A stretch of 64,000 bases of DNA, from NCBI GenBank assembly GCA_024655865.1, contig JANLFM010000002.1, positions 74,405 through 138,404 on the forward strand. The letters are read 5' to 3'. This stretch comes from Caldisericota bacterium. GTDB lineage: Bacteria > Caldisericota > JANLFM01. Under the pieces are notes generated by a model. That model did no database searches, was not told the origin of the DNA, and was given only the letters and a program-made list of their open reading frames with translations. How positions within the stretch are numbered: position 1 is the first letter of the stretch; every line of letters starts with the position of its first letter. Shown in pieces: positions 28,548-38,628 of the stretch. The position numbers and the translations under genes are program-made.

Positions 28548-29771
28548 ATGGAGTTTCTCTGGGGAACTGCAACCGCCGCCCATCAAGTAGAAGGGGGTAA
28601 CTATTACAACGACTGGTGGCTCTGGGAGAAAACAGGGCGAATTAAGACCGGCGATTCCTCCGACCCGGCCTGTGACCACTATCACCTTTTTCGGGAGGAC
28701 TTTCAATTAATTAAATTTTTGAATAACAACGCTTATCGTTTCTCCGTGGAATGGTCGCGGATAGAGAAGGAGGAGGAAAAATTTGACGAGAAAGAGATCG
28801 AACATTATGTAGAAATGCTCCAGGAGTTGAAGCGCCTGCACATCGAGCCGGTCCTCACCCTGCATCACTTCACTCTCCCCATCTGGCTTGCGGAAAAGGG
28901 CGGAGCCGAGAACCCTGATTTTCCGCGCTACTTCGCGCGTTTCGTAAAAAGGGTGGTTCCTGCTTTTAAGGACTACGTGCACTACTGGATCACGATCAAC
29001 GAGCCGGTGGTGCTCGCTGTCCTGGGCTACCTTTTCGGGGAATGGCCTCCGGGAATAAAGAGTTTCCGCCGGATGGCGAAAGTGGGAAGGAACCTCCTTT
29101 ACGCCCATCGTGATGCCTATTTAGCGATTAAAGAGCAATCGCCCTCAGCCCTTGTCTCCATCGCTCACAACATGCAGAACTTCTACCCCTCATCTTTCTG
29201 GAACCCCGTGGACGTCGTCCTGGCAAAAACCGTGGATCGCTACTATAACTTTTCCTTCCTGGAAACGCTGATCGATGGAAAAATCAGGAGGCCCTTTGGA
29301 AAAGGGGAAAGGGATTCGTCGCTTCAGGAAACCTTGGATTATATCGGGCTGAACTATTACACCCGCGCTTTCCTGCACTTTGGGTTTAAAGGATTTCAGG
29401 AGGTGAAGAAGAAAGCCCTGAGGAACGATTTCGGCTGGGAGGTCTACCCTCAGGGGATCTACGAGATCCTGGTGCGTCTCAAGCCGCTGGGGAAGGGGAT
29501 CATGATCACGGAAAGCGGAACTGCGGATCAGGAGGATAAAATCAGGCCCCGGTATCTGAGGGACATCATTTCCTGGATGAGAAAGGCAAGCCAGGAAGGG
29601 GTAAAGACCATCGGGTATATGCACTGGTCTTTGATGGACAACTTCGAGTGGCTCGAGGGTTATTCCATGCGCTTCGGGCTCTTCGAGGTGGACTTCAAGA
29701 CCCAGGAGCGCAAACCCCGCCAGAGCGCCTACGTCTATCGGGAGATCGCCGGAGAGAAAGCTTTCCCATAA
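28548..29771 (+). CDS. GH1-family beta-glycosidase
   Basis: FLWGTATAAHQVEG N-terminus, ITINEP acid/base motif and ITESG nucleophile region. Confidence 0.85.
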   Translation: MEFLWGTATAAHQVEGGNYYNDWWLWEKTGRIKTGDSSDPACDHYHLFREDFQLIKFLNNNAYRFSVEWSRIEKEEEKFDEKEIEHYVEMLQELKRLHIEPVLTLHHFTLPIWLAEKGGAENPDFPRYFARFVKRVVPAFKDYVHYWITINEPVVLAVLGYLFGEWPPGIKSFRRMAKVGRNLLYAHRDAYLAIKEQSPSALVSIAHNMQNFYPSSFWNPVDVVLAKTVDRYYNFSFLETLIDGKIRRPFGKGERDSSLQETLDYIGLNYYTRAFLHFGFKGFQEVKKKALRNDFGWEVYPQGIYEILVRLKPLGKGIMITESGTADQEDKIRPRYLRDIISWMRKASQEGVKTIGYMHWSLMDNFEWLEGYSMRFGLFEVDFKTQERKPRQSAYVYREIAGEKAFP

Positions 29772-29862
29772 GCAACTCATTTTGCATAAACCTGACGAGT
29801 TTTTGACAAACACGGGCCTCGTCATCTAATTTTGCAAAAACGAAACTCCAGAGGAGGACACT

Positions 29863-31224
29863 TTGAAAAAACCACAAGGAATGGCGAATTTCTTTATCAT
29901 CTGGGTTGGGCAGGTTTTTTCCCTTTTAGGAACGGCAATGTCCGGCTTCGCCCTGACCATCTGGGCCTGGAGCGCTACTGGAAAGGCAACTTCCCTCGCT
30001 TTAGTGGGATTTTTCAGCTTCTTTCCCATGGTTATCGCCAGTCCTTTTGCCGGGGCACTCGTCGACCGCTGGAACAGGAAGCTGACCATGATGCTTTCCG
30101 ATATTGCCTCCGGTTTGATGACCGTGGTCGTGCTCGTCCTCTACCTTTTGGGAAAACTACAAATCTGGCACCTTTTTATCACAGGGGCCATTTCGGGTAT
30201 TTTTCAGGCTTTCCAGTGGCCAGCCTACTCTGCCGCCATCACTATGATTATTCCCAAGGAGCATTACGGCAGAGCCGCAGGATTGATGTCGGTAGCAGAA
30301 TCTGGCTCAGGAATCCTCGCCCCGATCATGGCCGCGGCCCTTCTGGGATTTGTCGGAATCGCCGGCGTTCTGGCCATCGACCTCATCACTCTGGCCATGG
30401 CCGTATCGGCTCTTCTCATCGCTCATGTGCCCCAGCCCCCACGCACGGAAGCAGGGCTTGAGGCTCAGGGGAGCTTGTTCAAAGAAGCGGGATACGGTTT
30501 TCGCTATATATTCGCCAGGCCTCCCCTACTGGGGTTGCAGCTTGTGTTCTTCATGGGGAACCTTCTTGCCGCCATCGGAGGAACGGTGGTGGCCCCCAGA
30601 ATCCTGGCTCAGACCGGAAATAACGCCACAATTCTGGGCACAGTTCAATCTGTAGCAGGAATTGGAGGCGTGCTGGGAGGAATTATTATGAGCATCTGGG
30701 GAGGGTTCAAGCGAAAAATCCACGGGGTGCTCACGGGGTGGATTCTTTCTTTCGCCTTCTTAAGTGTATCTTTTGGCTTAGCCCAGACTCCTCTTCTCTG
30801 GGCGGTGTCCTCTTTTCTGGGAAGCATGATTATCCCCATCATTAACGCTTCCAACCAGGCTATCTGGCAGTCTAAAATTCCTCCTGACATTCAGGGCAAG
30901 GTCTTCTCCGTGCGCCGGTTGATTGCGCAGCTATCGGCTCCTATCTCTATGCTCATCGCCGGACCCCTGGCAGACAATGTCTTTGAACCCTTAATGAGAA
31001 GTCAGAATTCTCTCTCTAACTTTCTTTACCCCGTCTTCGGTATCGGTCCCGGAAGGGGCATGGCCTTAATGATTTTCCTCATTGGGGTACTGGGAATCCT
31101 GATTGCCGCATCTAGTTACCTGATTAAACCTGTTCGGGACGTAGAGCTCCTGATTCCTGACTACGATGTGTACCTGAAGGCGGAAGTTCAGGAGGAAGCC
31201 GTACCCACTTCAGCCTCCCAGTAG
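29863..31224 (+). CDS. MFS transporter (EntS/macrolide-efflux-like subfamily)
   Basis: 12 TM, FSLLGTAMSGFAL and ALVDRWNRK motifs. Confidence 0.75.
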   Translation: MKKPQGMANFFIIWVGQVFSLLGTAMSGFALTIWAWSATGKATSLALVGFFSFFPMVIASPFAGALVDRWNRKLTMMLSDIASGLMTVVVLVLYLLGKLQIWHLFITGAISGIFQAFQWPAYSAAITMIIPKEHYGRAAGLMSVAESGSGILAPIMAAALLGFVGIAGVLAIDLITLAMAVSALLIAHVPQPPRTEAGLEAQGSLFKEAGYGFRYIFARPPLLGLQLVFFMGNLLAAIGGTVVAPRILAQTGNNATILGTVQSVAGIGGVLGGIIMSIWGGFKRKIHGVLTGWILSFAFLSVSFGLAQTPLLWAVSSFLGSMIIPIINASNQAIWQSKIPPDIQGKVFSVRRLIAQLSAPISMLIAGPLADNVFEPLMRSQNSLSNFLYPVFGIGPGRGMALMIFLIGVLGILIAASSYLIKPVRDVELLIPDYDVYLKAEVQEEAVPTSASQ

Positions 31225-31236
31225 TAATATTAAGAA

Positions 31237-31977
31237 GTGATCTTGGGATTAATTCTTTTAGCGACCACAATCGCTTCCCTGACCTCCCTGGTGGGAGCCA
31301 CGATGCTCCTCCTGGGTCAGAAAAAAGGCCTGGTAATTTTTGGTCTGGTAAACCTGGCCACAGGAGCCCTGATCGGGGCTGCCTTTTTCCATCTGATCCC
31401 CGAGTCCTGGGAAAAAACTACTCTTTCCCCTTACTTCCTCATTTTGGGGATTTTACTTTTCTTCATTCTGGAAAAATTCCTTTACTGGAGGCACTGCCAC
31501 TCGGGCGAGGAGTGCAAGGTGCACGTGGAAGCCTTTTCGTATTTGAACCTTATCGGAGACGCAGTGCACAATTTCATTGATGGGGCGGTGATCGCTGGCG
31601 CTTTTCTCGCCAGTCCCGCTCTGGGTTGGGCCACCACGCTAGCTGTAGTTCTGCACGAGGTCCCTCAGGAGCTGGGGGATTTCGCCATCTTGCTTCACGG
31701 GGGGTTCACTCCCGGAAAAGCGCTCTTTTATAACCTCTTAAGCCAGATGACTTGCATTCTGGGAGGAGTGTTGACCTATCTTGTGGGGGAAACAGTCCAC
31801 AATCTGGAGCCTTTCCTGCTTTCTTTCGCCGCAGGCGGCTTCCTTTATATCGCGCTTGTGGACCTACTTCCAGAGATGAGGCACAGTACGGGATTGAAAA
31901 GTGCCCTCTCGGAAGTCATACTTATCTTAGCGGGGATCTTCTTGATGTGGGGGTTGAAAGCGGTGATGGCTGTATGA
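31237..31977 (+). CDS. ZIP-family metal (Zn/Fe) transporter
   Basis: HNFIDGAVIAGAF and HEVPQELGDFAIL motifs of ZIP/ZupT. Confidence 0.8.
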   Translation: MILGLILLATTIASLTSLVGATMLLLGQKKGLVIFGLVNLATGALIGAAFFHLIPESWEKTTLSPYFLILGILLFFILEKFLYWRHCHSGEECKVHVEAFSYLNLIGDAVHNFIDGAVIAGAFLASPALGWATTLAVVLHEVPQELGDFAILLHGGFTPGKALFYNLLSQMTCILGGVLTYLVGETVHNLEPFLLSFAAGGFLYIALVDLLPEMRHSTGLKSALSEVILILAGIFLMWGLKAVMAV

Positions 31978-32936
31978 GCATGCGTATTCTGGTCTGGGGA
32001 GCTGGCCCAGTAGGGCTTTATCTGGGAGTTTGCCTCGAGGAGGCCGGGGCAGAGGTGCACTTTTTAGGGAGGAGAAAGGTGCTCGAACCCCTTAAAGAAG
32101 GTTTTCTAATTGAGGAGGAGGGGGCAAGGCAAGAGGTCAAAAACTTGAGGGTCTTCTTTGACCTGGAGGAGGTGCGTGGAACTTCCTACGATTGGGCGAT
32201 TATAGCCTTTAAATCTCATCACAATCTGGCGGTAGCCCCTCAGCTTTCCACTGTTCAAGCAAGAAAAATTCTAGTCGTGCAGAACGGAATCGGGAACGAG
32301 GAATTTTTCATGGGCTATCATAACTGTGTGGCCTCAGGGGCGTTCACCAAGGTGGTGCACATCAAGGATGGCGTCTTGAAGGCCTCAAAGGGAGGAATAG
32401 GGCTGGCCCCAGAAGGGATAGTCGAGGATCTTTCCGCCCTTTTTGCCCTGAGGACCCGGGTAGCAATTTACCCGGATTATCGTCCTATGAAGTGGAGCAA
32501 GCTTCTTTTGAACATCCTGGGGAGTCCCATCGCCTGCGCTTTGAATTTGCCCCCTCAGGATTACATGTATGATAAAAGGGGCATTTGGCTGGAAAAAATC
32601 CTACTCAAGGAATTTTTGGGCCTCATCAGAAAAATAGGGATTCCCTTAGTGAATCTCCCCGGGTATCCGGTAAAGCTTTTTCCTTTGCTTCCTTATCTTC
32701 CCGCCGGGCTTTTCCGACGCATTTCCAAAGCGCGGGGGGAGAAGCTACCCTCGCTCCTTGCGGATTCCCGGGAAGGACGTCCTCTGGAAATCGGGGCCCT
32801 CCTTTTGAACCCCTTGAAGGAAGCGGAAAAGCATAACTACCCGATGCCCCTTGCTTCCCTGATTTACAAAATATTAGAGGGAACCCGGACAACTACCCTG
32901 AATTCCCTCTACAAAGAGTATCTGAAAACCTTTTAA
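31974..32936 (+). CDS. Ketopantoate reductase family (ApbA/PanE-like) 2-dehydropantoate 2-reductase; start MSMRIL (ORF-track N-extension to 31752 is an artefact overlapping the ZIP gene)
   Basis: [16 protein letters not shown] Rossmann start. ATGA overlap with the ZIP gene stop. Confidence 0.7.
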   Translation: MSMRILVWGAGPVGLYLGVCLEEAGAEVHFLGRRKVLEPLKEGFLIEEEGARQEVKNLRVFFDLEEVRGTSYDWAIIAFKSHHNLAVAPQLSTVQARKILVVQNGIGNEEFFMGYHNCVASGAFTKVVHIKDGVLKASKGGIGLAPEGIVEDLSALFALRTRVAIYPDYRPMKWSKLLLNILGSPIACALNLPPQDYMYDKRGIWLEKILLKEFLGLIRKIGIPLVNLPGYPVKLFPLLPYLPAGLFRRISKARGEKLPSLLADSREGRPLEIGALLLNPLKEAEKHNYPMPLASLIYKILEGTRTTTLNSLYKEYLKTF

Positions 32937-33586
32937 GGAAGCTTCTCCGGCTCCGGATAGCCCTCAGCGTTCTCCACCGTTACCCTGAGCATTTTATCCC
33001 CCACCTGGATTTTCCTGACCACCTCCATACCCTCGATCACCTGACCGAAAACAGTGTACTTCCCGTCCAGGGATGGTTGGGGAGCAAGGCAGATGTAAAA
33101 CTGGGAACCGGCAGAATCAGGATCGTCCGCTCTGGCCATGGCCACAGTCCCTTCCAGGTGCTTGCGGGAGTTGAACTCCGCTTTGATATGATATCCCGGT
33201 CCCCCCGTGCCATTGCCGTTAGGGTCGCCTCCTTGAATTACAAACCCGGGTTCCACCCTGTGGAAGGTTAACCCGTCGTAGAAGCCCTTCTTAGCAAGAT
33301 AGATGAAGTTAGCCACGGTATTGGGGGCATCCTGAGGATACATCTCAAATTTGATCGTTCCCTTTTCCGTTTCGATGATGGCCAGAGGCAGGTTCCCGGA
33401 AGTAGGGGTCTCCGAGGAAGAAGGAGTGGTGGGGGTCTGAGCCGGAGAAGGAGTGGTAGTTAAAGGGAAGGGAACCGGAGACTGGGTGGGATTCATGCCC
33501 GATTCCCGGCAACCTGCCGCAAAAAGCGAAAGAGCAAATAAAGATAAAAGGAAGAGCACCAACCTGGTTGATTTTCGCATTTTCAT
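32933..33586 (-). CDS. Cyclophilin-type peptidyl-prolyl cis-trans isomerase, lipoprotein
   Basis: Signal peptide + lipobox LFAAGC, then cyclophilin core [15 protein letters not shown]. Confidence 0.85.
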   Translation of the reverse strand: MKMRKSTRLVLFLLSLFALSLFAAGCRESGMNPTQSPVPFPLTTTPSPAQTPTTPSSSETPTSGNLPLAIIETEKGTIKFEMYPQDAPNTVANFIYLAKKGFYDGLTFHRVEPGFVIQGGDPNGNGTGGPGYHIKAEFNSRKHLEGTVAMARADDPDSAGSQFYICLAPQPSLDGKYTVFGQVIEGMEVVRKIQVGDKMLRVTVENAEGYPEPEKLP

Positions 33587-33804
33587 CCCTCCAGCTTTTG
33601 CTTCAATTTAAGGATGAGCTCGTTTTCCAGTTCTGGCTCTTTTAACCAGCGCTTAAGCTCCTGCCAGACAAGTGGGCAGTCCTCCTGGGGTGAGTAACCC
33701 AGGACTTCCCTGATCGCTTTATCCAGAAGTTTTCTGGATCCCTTTGTATCCGGAAGTGCGATCTTCTCCATCAATCCTTTCAGGTGCCTAATGTAGCAGG
33801 TCAA
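33583..33804 (-). CDS. Small hypothetical protein (73 aa)
   Basis: 4-nt overlap with the PPIase gene start; no motif recognised. Confidence 0.35.
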   Translation of the reverse strand: MTCYIRHLKGLMEKIALPDTKGSRKLLDKAIREVLGYSPQEDCPLVWQELKRWLKEPELENELILKLKQKLEG

Positions 33805-33880
33805 GCTCTCTCTCCTTTCTCGAATATTTTCTTCAATCTTTACACATTCTTCAAATTTGTTTTATGGAGATTTTAAATAA

Positions 33881-34492
33881 TTGGAGGAGAATGGTCTCAG
33901 AAAGGAGGGAATGAGAATGAGAAAAATAGTTATGGGAATTCTCATTGCCGGATTACTGGTGTCCCTTGGAGTGGGGCTGACCTGGGCGGCTGACAACAGC
34001 CAGACCACGAATACTCAAACTTCCAGCACTGTTCAACAGGGAACGACCACGGACACCGTGAACTGCCCCGAGTACTTCAGAAGAGGGATGAGGCATCTGG
34101 GGGACCTCGAGGAGAGGGCCCAGAACCTGGAAGAGAGAGCAGCAAACCTGAAAGAAAGAATGCTCTCCGACCTGAAGGATAAATTGGGGTTGACTGATGA
34201 CCAGATTTCCCAGATTCAGACCGCCATCCAGTCTGCCCAGGATACGGTGCAGACCCTTCAGGATCAACTCAAGACAGCTCAGCAGGATCTCAGGGATGCC
34301 CTTAAGGCTAACCCCACGGACACAGTGAAGCTGGCCCAGGCTCAAGAGACAATCGCTTCCTTAGAGAAGCAACTCCTGGACAACCGGGTGCAGACGGCAC
34401 TGAAGGTCAAGGAAATTGTCGGGCCCGATAAATTCGCGCAGTTAGACGGCTGCTTCGGCCTTTTCCTCGGGCCTCGCCCATTTGAAAAATAA
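33881..34492 (+). CDS. Secreted coiled-coil protein, Spy/CpxP-like (LTxxQ-type) candidate; probable internal start at 33911
   Basis: Signal peptide, Q/T-rich coiled-coil with LGLTDDQISQIQ repeats. Confidence 0.4.
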   Translation: MEENGLRKEGMRMRKIVMGILIAGLLVSLGVGLTWAADNSQTTNTQTSSTVQQGTTTDTVNCPEYFRRGMRHLGDLEERAQNLEERAANLKERMLSDLKDKLGLTDDQISQIQTAIQSAQDTVQTLQDQLKTAQQDLRDALKANPTDTVKLAQAQETIASLEKQLLDNRVQTALKVKEIVGPDKFAQLDGCFGLFLGPRPFEK

Positions 34493-34528
34493 CCCCAAAC
34501 CCCTTTCAAACCTCCTCCTTAAATCACG

Positions 34529-34560
34529 GCCCCGGACGGGGCCGTGATTCTTTATTCCCC
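34529..34560 (+). terminator. Intrinsic terminator (ATCACGGCCCCG-GAC-GGGGCCGTGAT + TTCTTTATT)
   Basis: 12-bp perfect hairpin after the secreted coiled-coil gene. Confidence 0.6.
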
Positions 34561-34608
34561 TGAACTCCATTATAATGTGAGCCAAATCCAGGAAGGAGTG
34601 ACTTTAAA

Positions 34609-35697
34609 ATGAGGACTGTCCCGGCCAACGATCTCTTGGAGTTTGCAAAGGTCGTGCTCATCCGCCTTGGGGTTCCGGAAGAGGACGCCCGAATCGTGTC
34701 TGATGTCCTGATCCAAGCTGATCTGAGAGGAATTGATTCCCACGGCATAGCCCGCCTCAGGCGCTATGTTAAGGGATTAAAGGAAGGATATATTAAACCT
34801 GAAGCGGAAATTAAAATAATAAGGGAAACTCCGGTCACAGCAACCCTCGATGGAGGTGCAGGGCTGGGCCAGCTCATCTCGGTTAAGGCCATGGAACTTG
34901 CCATTAAGAAGGCCAGGGAGAATTTCCTCGGTTTTGTAGCAGTGCGCAACACAAATCATTTTGGGATCGCGGGGTACTATTCTATGATGGCCTTGAAAGA
35001 GGGAATGATCGGTATCTCCACCACTAACTCAGAGGTGTGCATTGTTCCTACCTTTGGCGCAAGGGCAATGTTGGGAACGAACCCCATAAGCATTGCTGTT
35101 CCCGCCCTGAAGGAGCGTCCTTTCGTCCTGGATATGGCCACAAGCACTGTGCCCGTGGGGAAGATTGAGGTTTACGATCGCCTGGGAAAATCCCTTCCTG
35201 AGGGGTGGGCAGTAGATGAATACGGGGAAAACGCCCGGGACCCGGCCAGGGTGATCGAAAACGTTTATGGCCACAAAGGGGGTGGGCTCCTCCCTCTGGG
35301 TGGCCTGGAAGAGGAATCCGGAGGACACAAAGGGTACGGTCTGGCGCTGGTCGTGGAGATCTTCAGCGCTTTGCTTCCCGGAGCTCTGTATTCCGAGCTG
35401 GTTTACCCTGTTGATGAGGAAGGGCGTCCTCTTCCCCCGAACATCGGCCATTTTTTCGGAGCTATGCGCATAGATGCTTTCCGCGATCCTGAAGAGTTCA
35501 GGAAAGATATGGACGATCTCCTGAGGCGCTTGAAAAATTCCCCAAAGAGAAGAGGGAAAGAACGCATTTACATTCATGGCGAGAAAGAAATGGAAATGGT
35601 TCGTTTAAGGGAAAAGGAAGGCATCCCTCTCCTGGACAGAGTAGTCCGGGATCTCAAGGATATAGCCAGAGATCTGGGAATTGTGCCTCCTTTTTAG
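34609..35697 (+). CDS. Ldh_2-family malate/L-sulfolactate/L-lactate dehydrogenase
   Basis: DSHGIARL and NTNHFGIAGYY motifs of the Ldh_2 (MdhII/ComC) family. Confidence 0.8.
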   Translation: MRTVPANDLLEFAKVVLIRLGVPEEDARIVSDVLIQADLRGIDSHGIARLRRYVKGLKEGYIKPEAEIKIIRETPVTATLDGGAGLGQLISVKAMELAIKKARENFLGFVAVRNTNHFGIAGYYSMMALKEGMIGISTTNSEVCIVPTFGARAMLGTNPISIAVPALKERPFVLDMATSTVPVGKIEVYDRLGKSLPEGWAVDEYGENARDPARVIENVYGHKGGGLLPLGGLEEESGGHKGYGLALVVEIFSALLPGALYSELVYPVDEEGRPLPPNIGHFFGAMRIDAFRDPEEFRKDMDDLLRRLKNSPKRRGKERIYIHGEKEMEMVRLREKEGIPLLDRVVRDLKDIARDLGIVPPF

Positions 35698-35816
35698 ATA
35701 ATGACCCTTTGCGGTGATCTCCCGGGTTCTTTTCGATGAGAACTCCTTCAAGTAGCCTTCACGATGTGAACGATCAGGAGCACTTAAAAATCCCTCAAAG
35801 AAAAAGGTTCCCTTGC

Positions 35817-36299
35817 TTACAGCTTGTACCCGAACCTGCGCAGGAGCTCCTTCCTCTCCCTGATTTCCTCCTCTCCTTCGACCCCTTTTGTCTTAAACCC
35901 GTCAATTACGCCCAGAATCCCCCTCCCCTGTTCATTCTCTGCGAGAATTATGGTAACCGGGTTGGCTGTGGCGCAAAAGATGCGGCAGACCTCGGGAACC
36001 ATTTTTATCGCATTGAGGACGTTAATGGGGTAGGCATCCCTGAGGAAAATAATAAAAGAATGTCCTGCGGCGATTTTCAGGGCGTTTTTCCTGGCAAGTT
36101 CAATTAAATCATGGTCGTTCCCGGTCCAGCGCACCAGGCATGGCCCTGATGATTCACAGAAAGCCAGACCAAACTTAATAAACGGGGATGCACTAATCAG
36201 GGCCTCGTGAAGGTCCTCAACGGTCTTAATAAAGTGGGACTGCCCCAGGATGAAGTTCAACCCTTCCGGATTTTCCACCGTTACGGAGATTAATTCCAC
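35817..36299 (-). CDS. Adenosine-specific-kinase-like (PF04008-like) small protein
   Basis: ~160 aa, [17 protein letters not shown] pattern recalled from archaeal/thermophile adenosine-specific kinase family; recall-based. Confidence 0.4.
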   Translation of the reverse strand: MELISVTVENPEGLNFILGQSHFIKTVEDLHEALISASPFIKFGLAFCESSGPCLVRWTGNDHDLIELARKNALKIAAGHSFIIFLRDAYPINVLNAIKMVPEVCRIFCATANPVTIILAENEQGRGILGVIDGFKTKGVEGEEEIRERKELLRRFGYKL

Positions 36300-36422
36300 A
36301 ATATCTACCTCCTTTCCTCTTCCCTGTTTATTCTCCAGGAAGGCCTCGCTTGAGGCAAGAGGGAATGAAAAATATTGATTTCTCCTGATTTAATGCTCAC
36401 AATAGAGGCGAGGAGGGTCAAA

Positions 36423-36758
36423 ATGAGCTACTGTGTAATCATAACCACGACTTCCACAGAGGAGGAAGCCTTAAAGATAGCCGAGTCCCTCGTAGAAATG
36501 CGGCTCGTGGCTTGTGCCCAGGTATTAGGGCCAATAGCCAGTACTTATATCTGGCAGGATAAGAGGGAAATCTCCAGGGAGTGGCTCTGCCTCTTCAAGA
36601 CCGAGGAGGAACTTTTCCCCATCATCGAGGAGAAAATCAAAAGGCTACATTCTTACACTGTCCCCGAAATTGTTTCCTTGCCCATAACCAAAGGGAGCAA
36701 AGATTATCTTGCCTGGATAGAAGAGGTCCTCTCCGAAGGGAAGGAAGGGAAATCTTAA
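36423..36758 (+). CDS. cutA: Divalent-cation tolerance protein CutA
   Basis: IITTTSTEEEALKIAESLVEMRLVACAQV...HSYTVPEI pattern; GAGGAGGG RBS before MSYCV. Confidence 0.85.
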   Translation: MSYCVIITTTSTEEEALKIAESLVEMRLVACAQVLGPIASTYIWQDKREISREWLCLFKTEEELFPIIEEKIKRLHSYTVPEIVSLPITKGSKDYLAWIEEVLSEGKEGKS

Positions 36759-36786
36759 AAGAAAAGGCCGAAAACAGAGGGAGAAA

Positions 36787-37008
36787 ATGCTAAAGGTGCG
36801 CACGGTAACGGAAGCCAAGAAGAAATTCCTCGAGCTCCTGAAGGAGGCGGAGGAAAATCCCATCCTGATCACCAGAAAGGGGCAGCCCTCAGTGGTAGTG
36901 ATGAACGCCGAGCTCTATGAGTCGATTATGGAAACGATCAGGTTTTACGCCTACCCGGAAATCGCTCGGGCATTAGAGGAATGGGGAAAATCCGAGCAGG
37001 AGAAATAG
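36787..37008 (+). CDS. Phd/YefM-family type II antitoxin
   Basis: VRTVTEAKKKFLELLKEAEENPILITRKGQPSVVVMNAELYESIMETI is a canonical YefM/Phd fold sequence. Confidence 0.75.
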   Translation: MLKVRTVTEAKKKFLELLKEAEENPILITRKGQPSVVVMNAELYESIMETIRFYAYPEIARALEEWGKSEQEK

Positions 37009-37565
37009 AGCTCTTTTTTACCCCTTCCGGGATAGAGGGAAGGAAAGGGACAGGGTGTTACCTTTTTCCCTACCAGAGGTACTCCCACCTCCCCTTCTTC
37101 ACTCTGCTTATTCTGGCAGGAAGGGAAAAGGAAGAGGACAAAGTGCTGCAGATCCTGGAAAGTTATAATCTACCGATTATCAGAGAGATCATCGCCGTAG
37201 TGAGCAGGGAAGTGGACTGGAAGAAGTTTCGGGAATGGCCACAGTTGAAATTGGTCTACTCAGCGAAACCTGATGATGTGATCTTAACTTCCCTCAAAGA
37301 TGGGCTCCGGGCTTTAAGTCCAAGGTCTCAAGCGGTGATCCTCTGCCTGGCGAATAGACCCCTGGTCAGGATAGAGAGCCTGGAAAAGCTCATCAGATCG
37401 TCCCTCGAAGAGAAGAAGAACATTTTCGTCCCACTGATCGGGGGAGAGCCCTCTCACCCGATCATCATTCCCAGGAACACCGCGGTTCAAATGCTCAAAA
37501 TCAGAAAGGAGATGGGCATCCCCTACTTCAGCAAGAGGTGGAGGAAAGAGGTACCCTGCGATTGA
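36981..37565 (+). CDS. MobA-like NTP-transferase domain protein with degenerate N-terminal glycine loop
   Basis: C-terminal AVILCLANRPLV...FVPLIGGEPSHPIIIPRN matches MobA-like motifs. N-terminal LAGG.S.RMG replaced by LAGREKEEDK. Overlaps the antitoxin gene by 28 nt. Confidence 0.4.
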   Translation: MGKIRAGEIELFFTPSGIEGRKGTGCYLFPYQRYSHLPFFTLLILAGREKEEDKVLQILESYNLPIIREIIAVVSREVDWKKFREWPQLKLVYSAKPDDVILTSLKDGLRALSPRSQAVILCLANRPLVRIESLEKLIRSSLEEKKNIFVPLIGGEPSHPIIIPRNTAVQMLKIRKEMGIPYFSKRWRKEVPCD

Positions 37566-37566
37566 T

Positions 37567-38628
37567 ATGCCCATCCTGTTGCGAGGGCTTCTTGTTGCTC
37601 TCTCAACCCTATCTTTAGGGGGTCTTCTCTGGGTGGGGACGTTTTTTCTCCCCTACCCCGTTTACCTTGCCGCTTCCTACGCTCTCTTCGCCCTTCTTCT
37701 GCTTTTTTCCGCCCTTTTCAAAAGCAAAGAAAGAGGGTTCATAGAAAAGCTTTTCCTCTGGGAGGCCCTGCTCCTTTTCCTTTTAATCATGGCGATCCGC
37801 CTCCCATCCTACGCCTTGTCCGGGATCCTTTTAGAAAAATTGCCCGCAATCTTTATGGTCCTCCTTTGGGCTCTCTGGGTGAAGGGATGGAGGGTCTCTT
37901 CTCTGGGACTGACCTTTTGGAAATTCCCAGAGCAAGTCCTCGTAGGCCTGAGCTTCGCGCTGCTTTACTGGATTTTATACCAGGCTACTTTCGCCCTGTA
38001 CACCTGGGTCACCTCTGGTATTGCCACTTTCTATTTCTTTAATTATTCGCAGGATGTTCCCCGGGGAATTCCCCTCGATCCCGTCTCTTTTCTTATCGTC
38101 CTCTTCCTCTACTCAAATTTTGCCGAGGAACTCTTTTTTCGCGGTTTTCTCCTCAAGGAAGTTTACCGGGAAAAAAGGAAAGCACTCTTCTTTTTTCTCC
38201 TTCAGGCAGCGCTCTTCAGCCTGTATCACATCAACTACGCCCTCTTCCCTGGTGAAGGAAAAGGTCTGGACTGGGCCTACCTGGGATTTTATGTCGCCTG
38301 GACATTCTTATTCGGAATCGGTTTCGGCTTTGCGTACCTGATCTCCGGAAGCGTGATTTCCACGACTATCCTCCATGTCCTGGGAAATGTCATGCAGAGC
38401 AACTGGATCCTGCTTTTTTACCCTTTATCACAAAAAGGTTCCCCCTACCCCCAGGAGACTGCTCTGGCATTCAGGGAATCAATAGTCAGGCCCGCTTTAA
38501 TTTTGAATGCTTTCCTCTTCGCCCTCGTCCTGGGCATGATCTGGCTTTTGAGAAGGGGACGTGGAAGAATTGCTCCCGGAGTGAATGCTGCCCCTGGCCA
38601 GGGAAGCGAAGACCCCCACTATCGATAG
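37567..38628 (+). CDS. CPBP-family (CAAX/Abi) intramembrane metalloprotease
   Basis: EELFFRGF (motif 1), FSLYHINY (motif 2), ILHVLGNV (motif 3). Confidence 0.8.
   Translation: MPILLRGLLVALSTLSLGGLLWVGTFFLPYPVYLAASYALFALLLLFSALFKSKERGFIEKLFLWEALLLFLLIMAIRLPSYALSGILLEKLPAIFMVLLWALWVKGWRVSSLGLTFWKFPEQVLVGLSFALLYWILYQATFALYTWVTSGIATFYFFNYSQDVPRGIPLDPVSFLIVLFLYSNFAEELFFRGFLLKEVYREKRKALFFFLLQAALFSLYHINYALFPGEGKGLDWAYLGFYVAWTFLFGIGFGFAYLISGSVISTTILHVLGNVMQSNWILLFYPLSQKGSPYPQETALAFRESIVRPALILNAFLFALVLGMIWLLRRGRGRIAPGVNAAPGQGSEDPHYR

Noticed and set aside
29190-29825. 211-aa minus-strand ORF (and 28707..29108) antisense to the GH1 gene
   Set aside because: Fully embedded antisense to a well-supported GH1 gene; no motifs.
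31752-31973. 5' extension of the ketopantoate-reductase-like ORF overlapping the ZIP transporter gene
   Set aside because: It is out of frame with, and inside, a convincing ZIP gene. The Rossmann motif starts right after the internal ATG at 31974, which forms an ATGA overlap with the ZIP stop.
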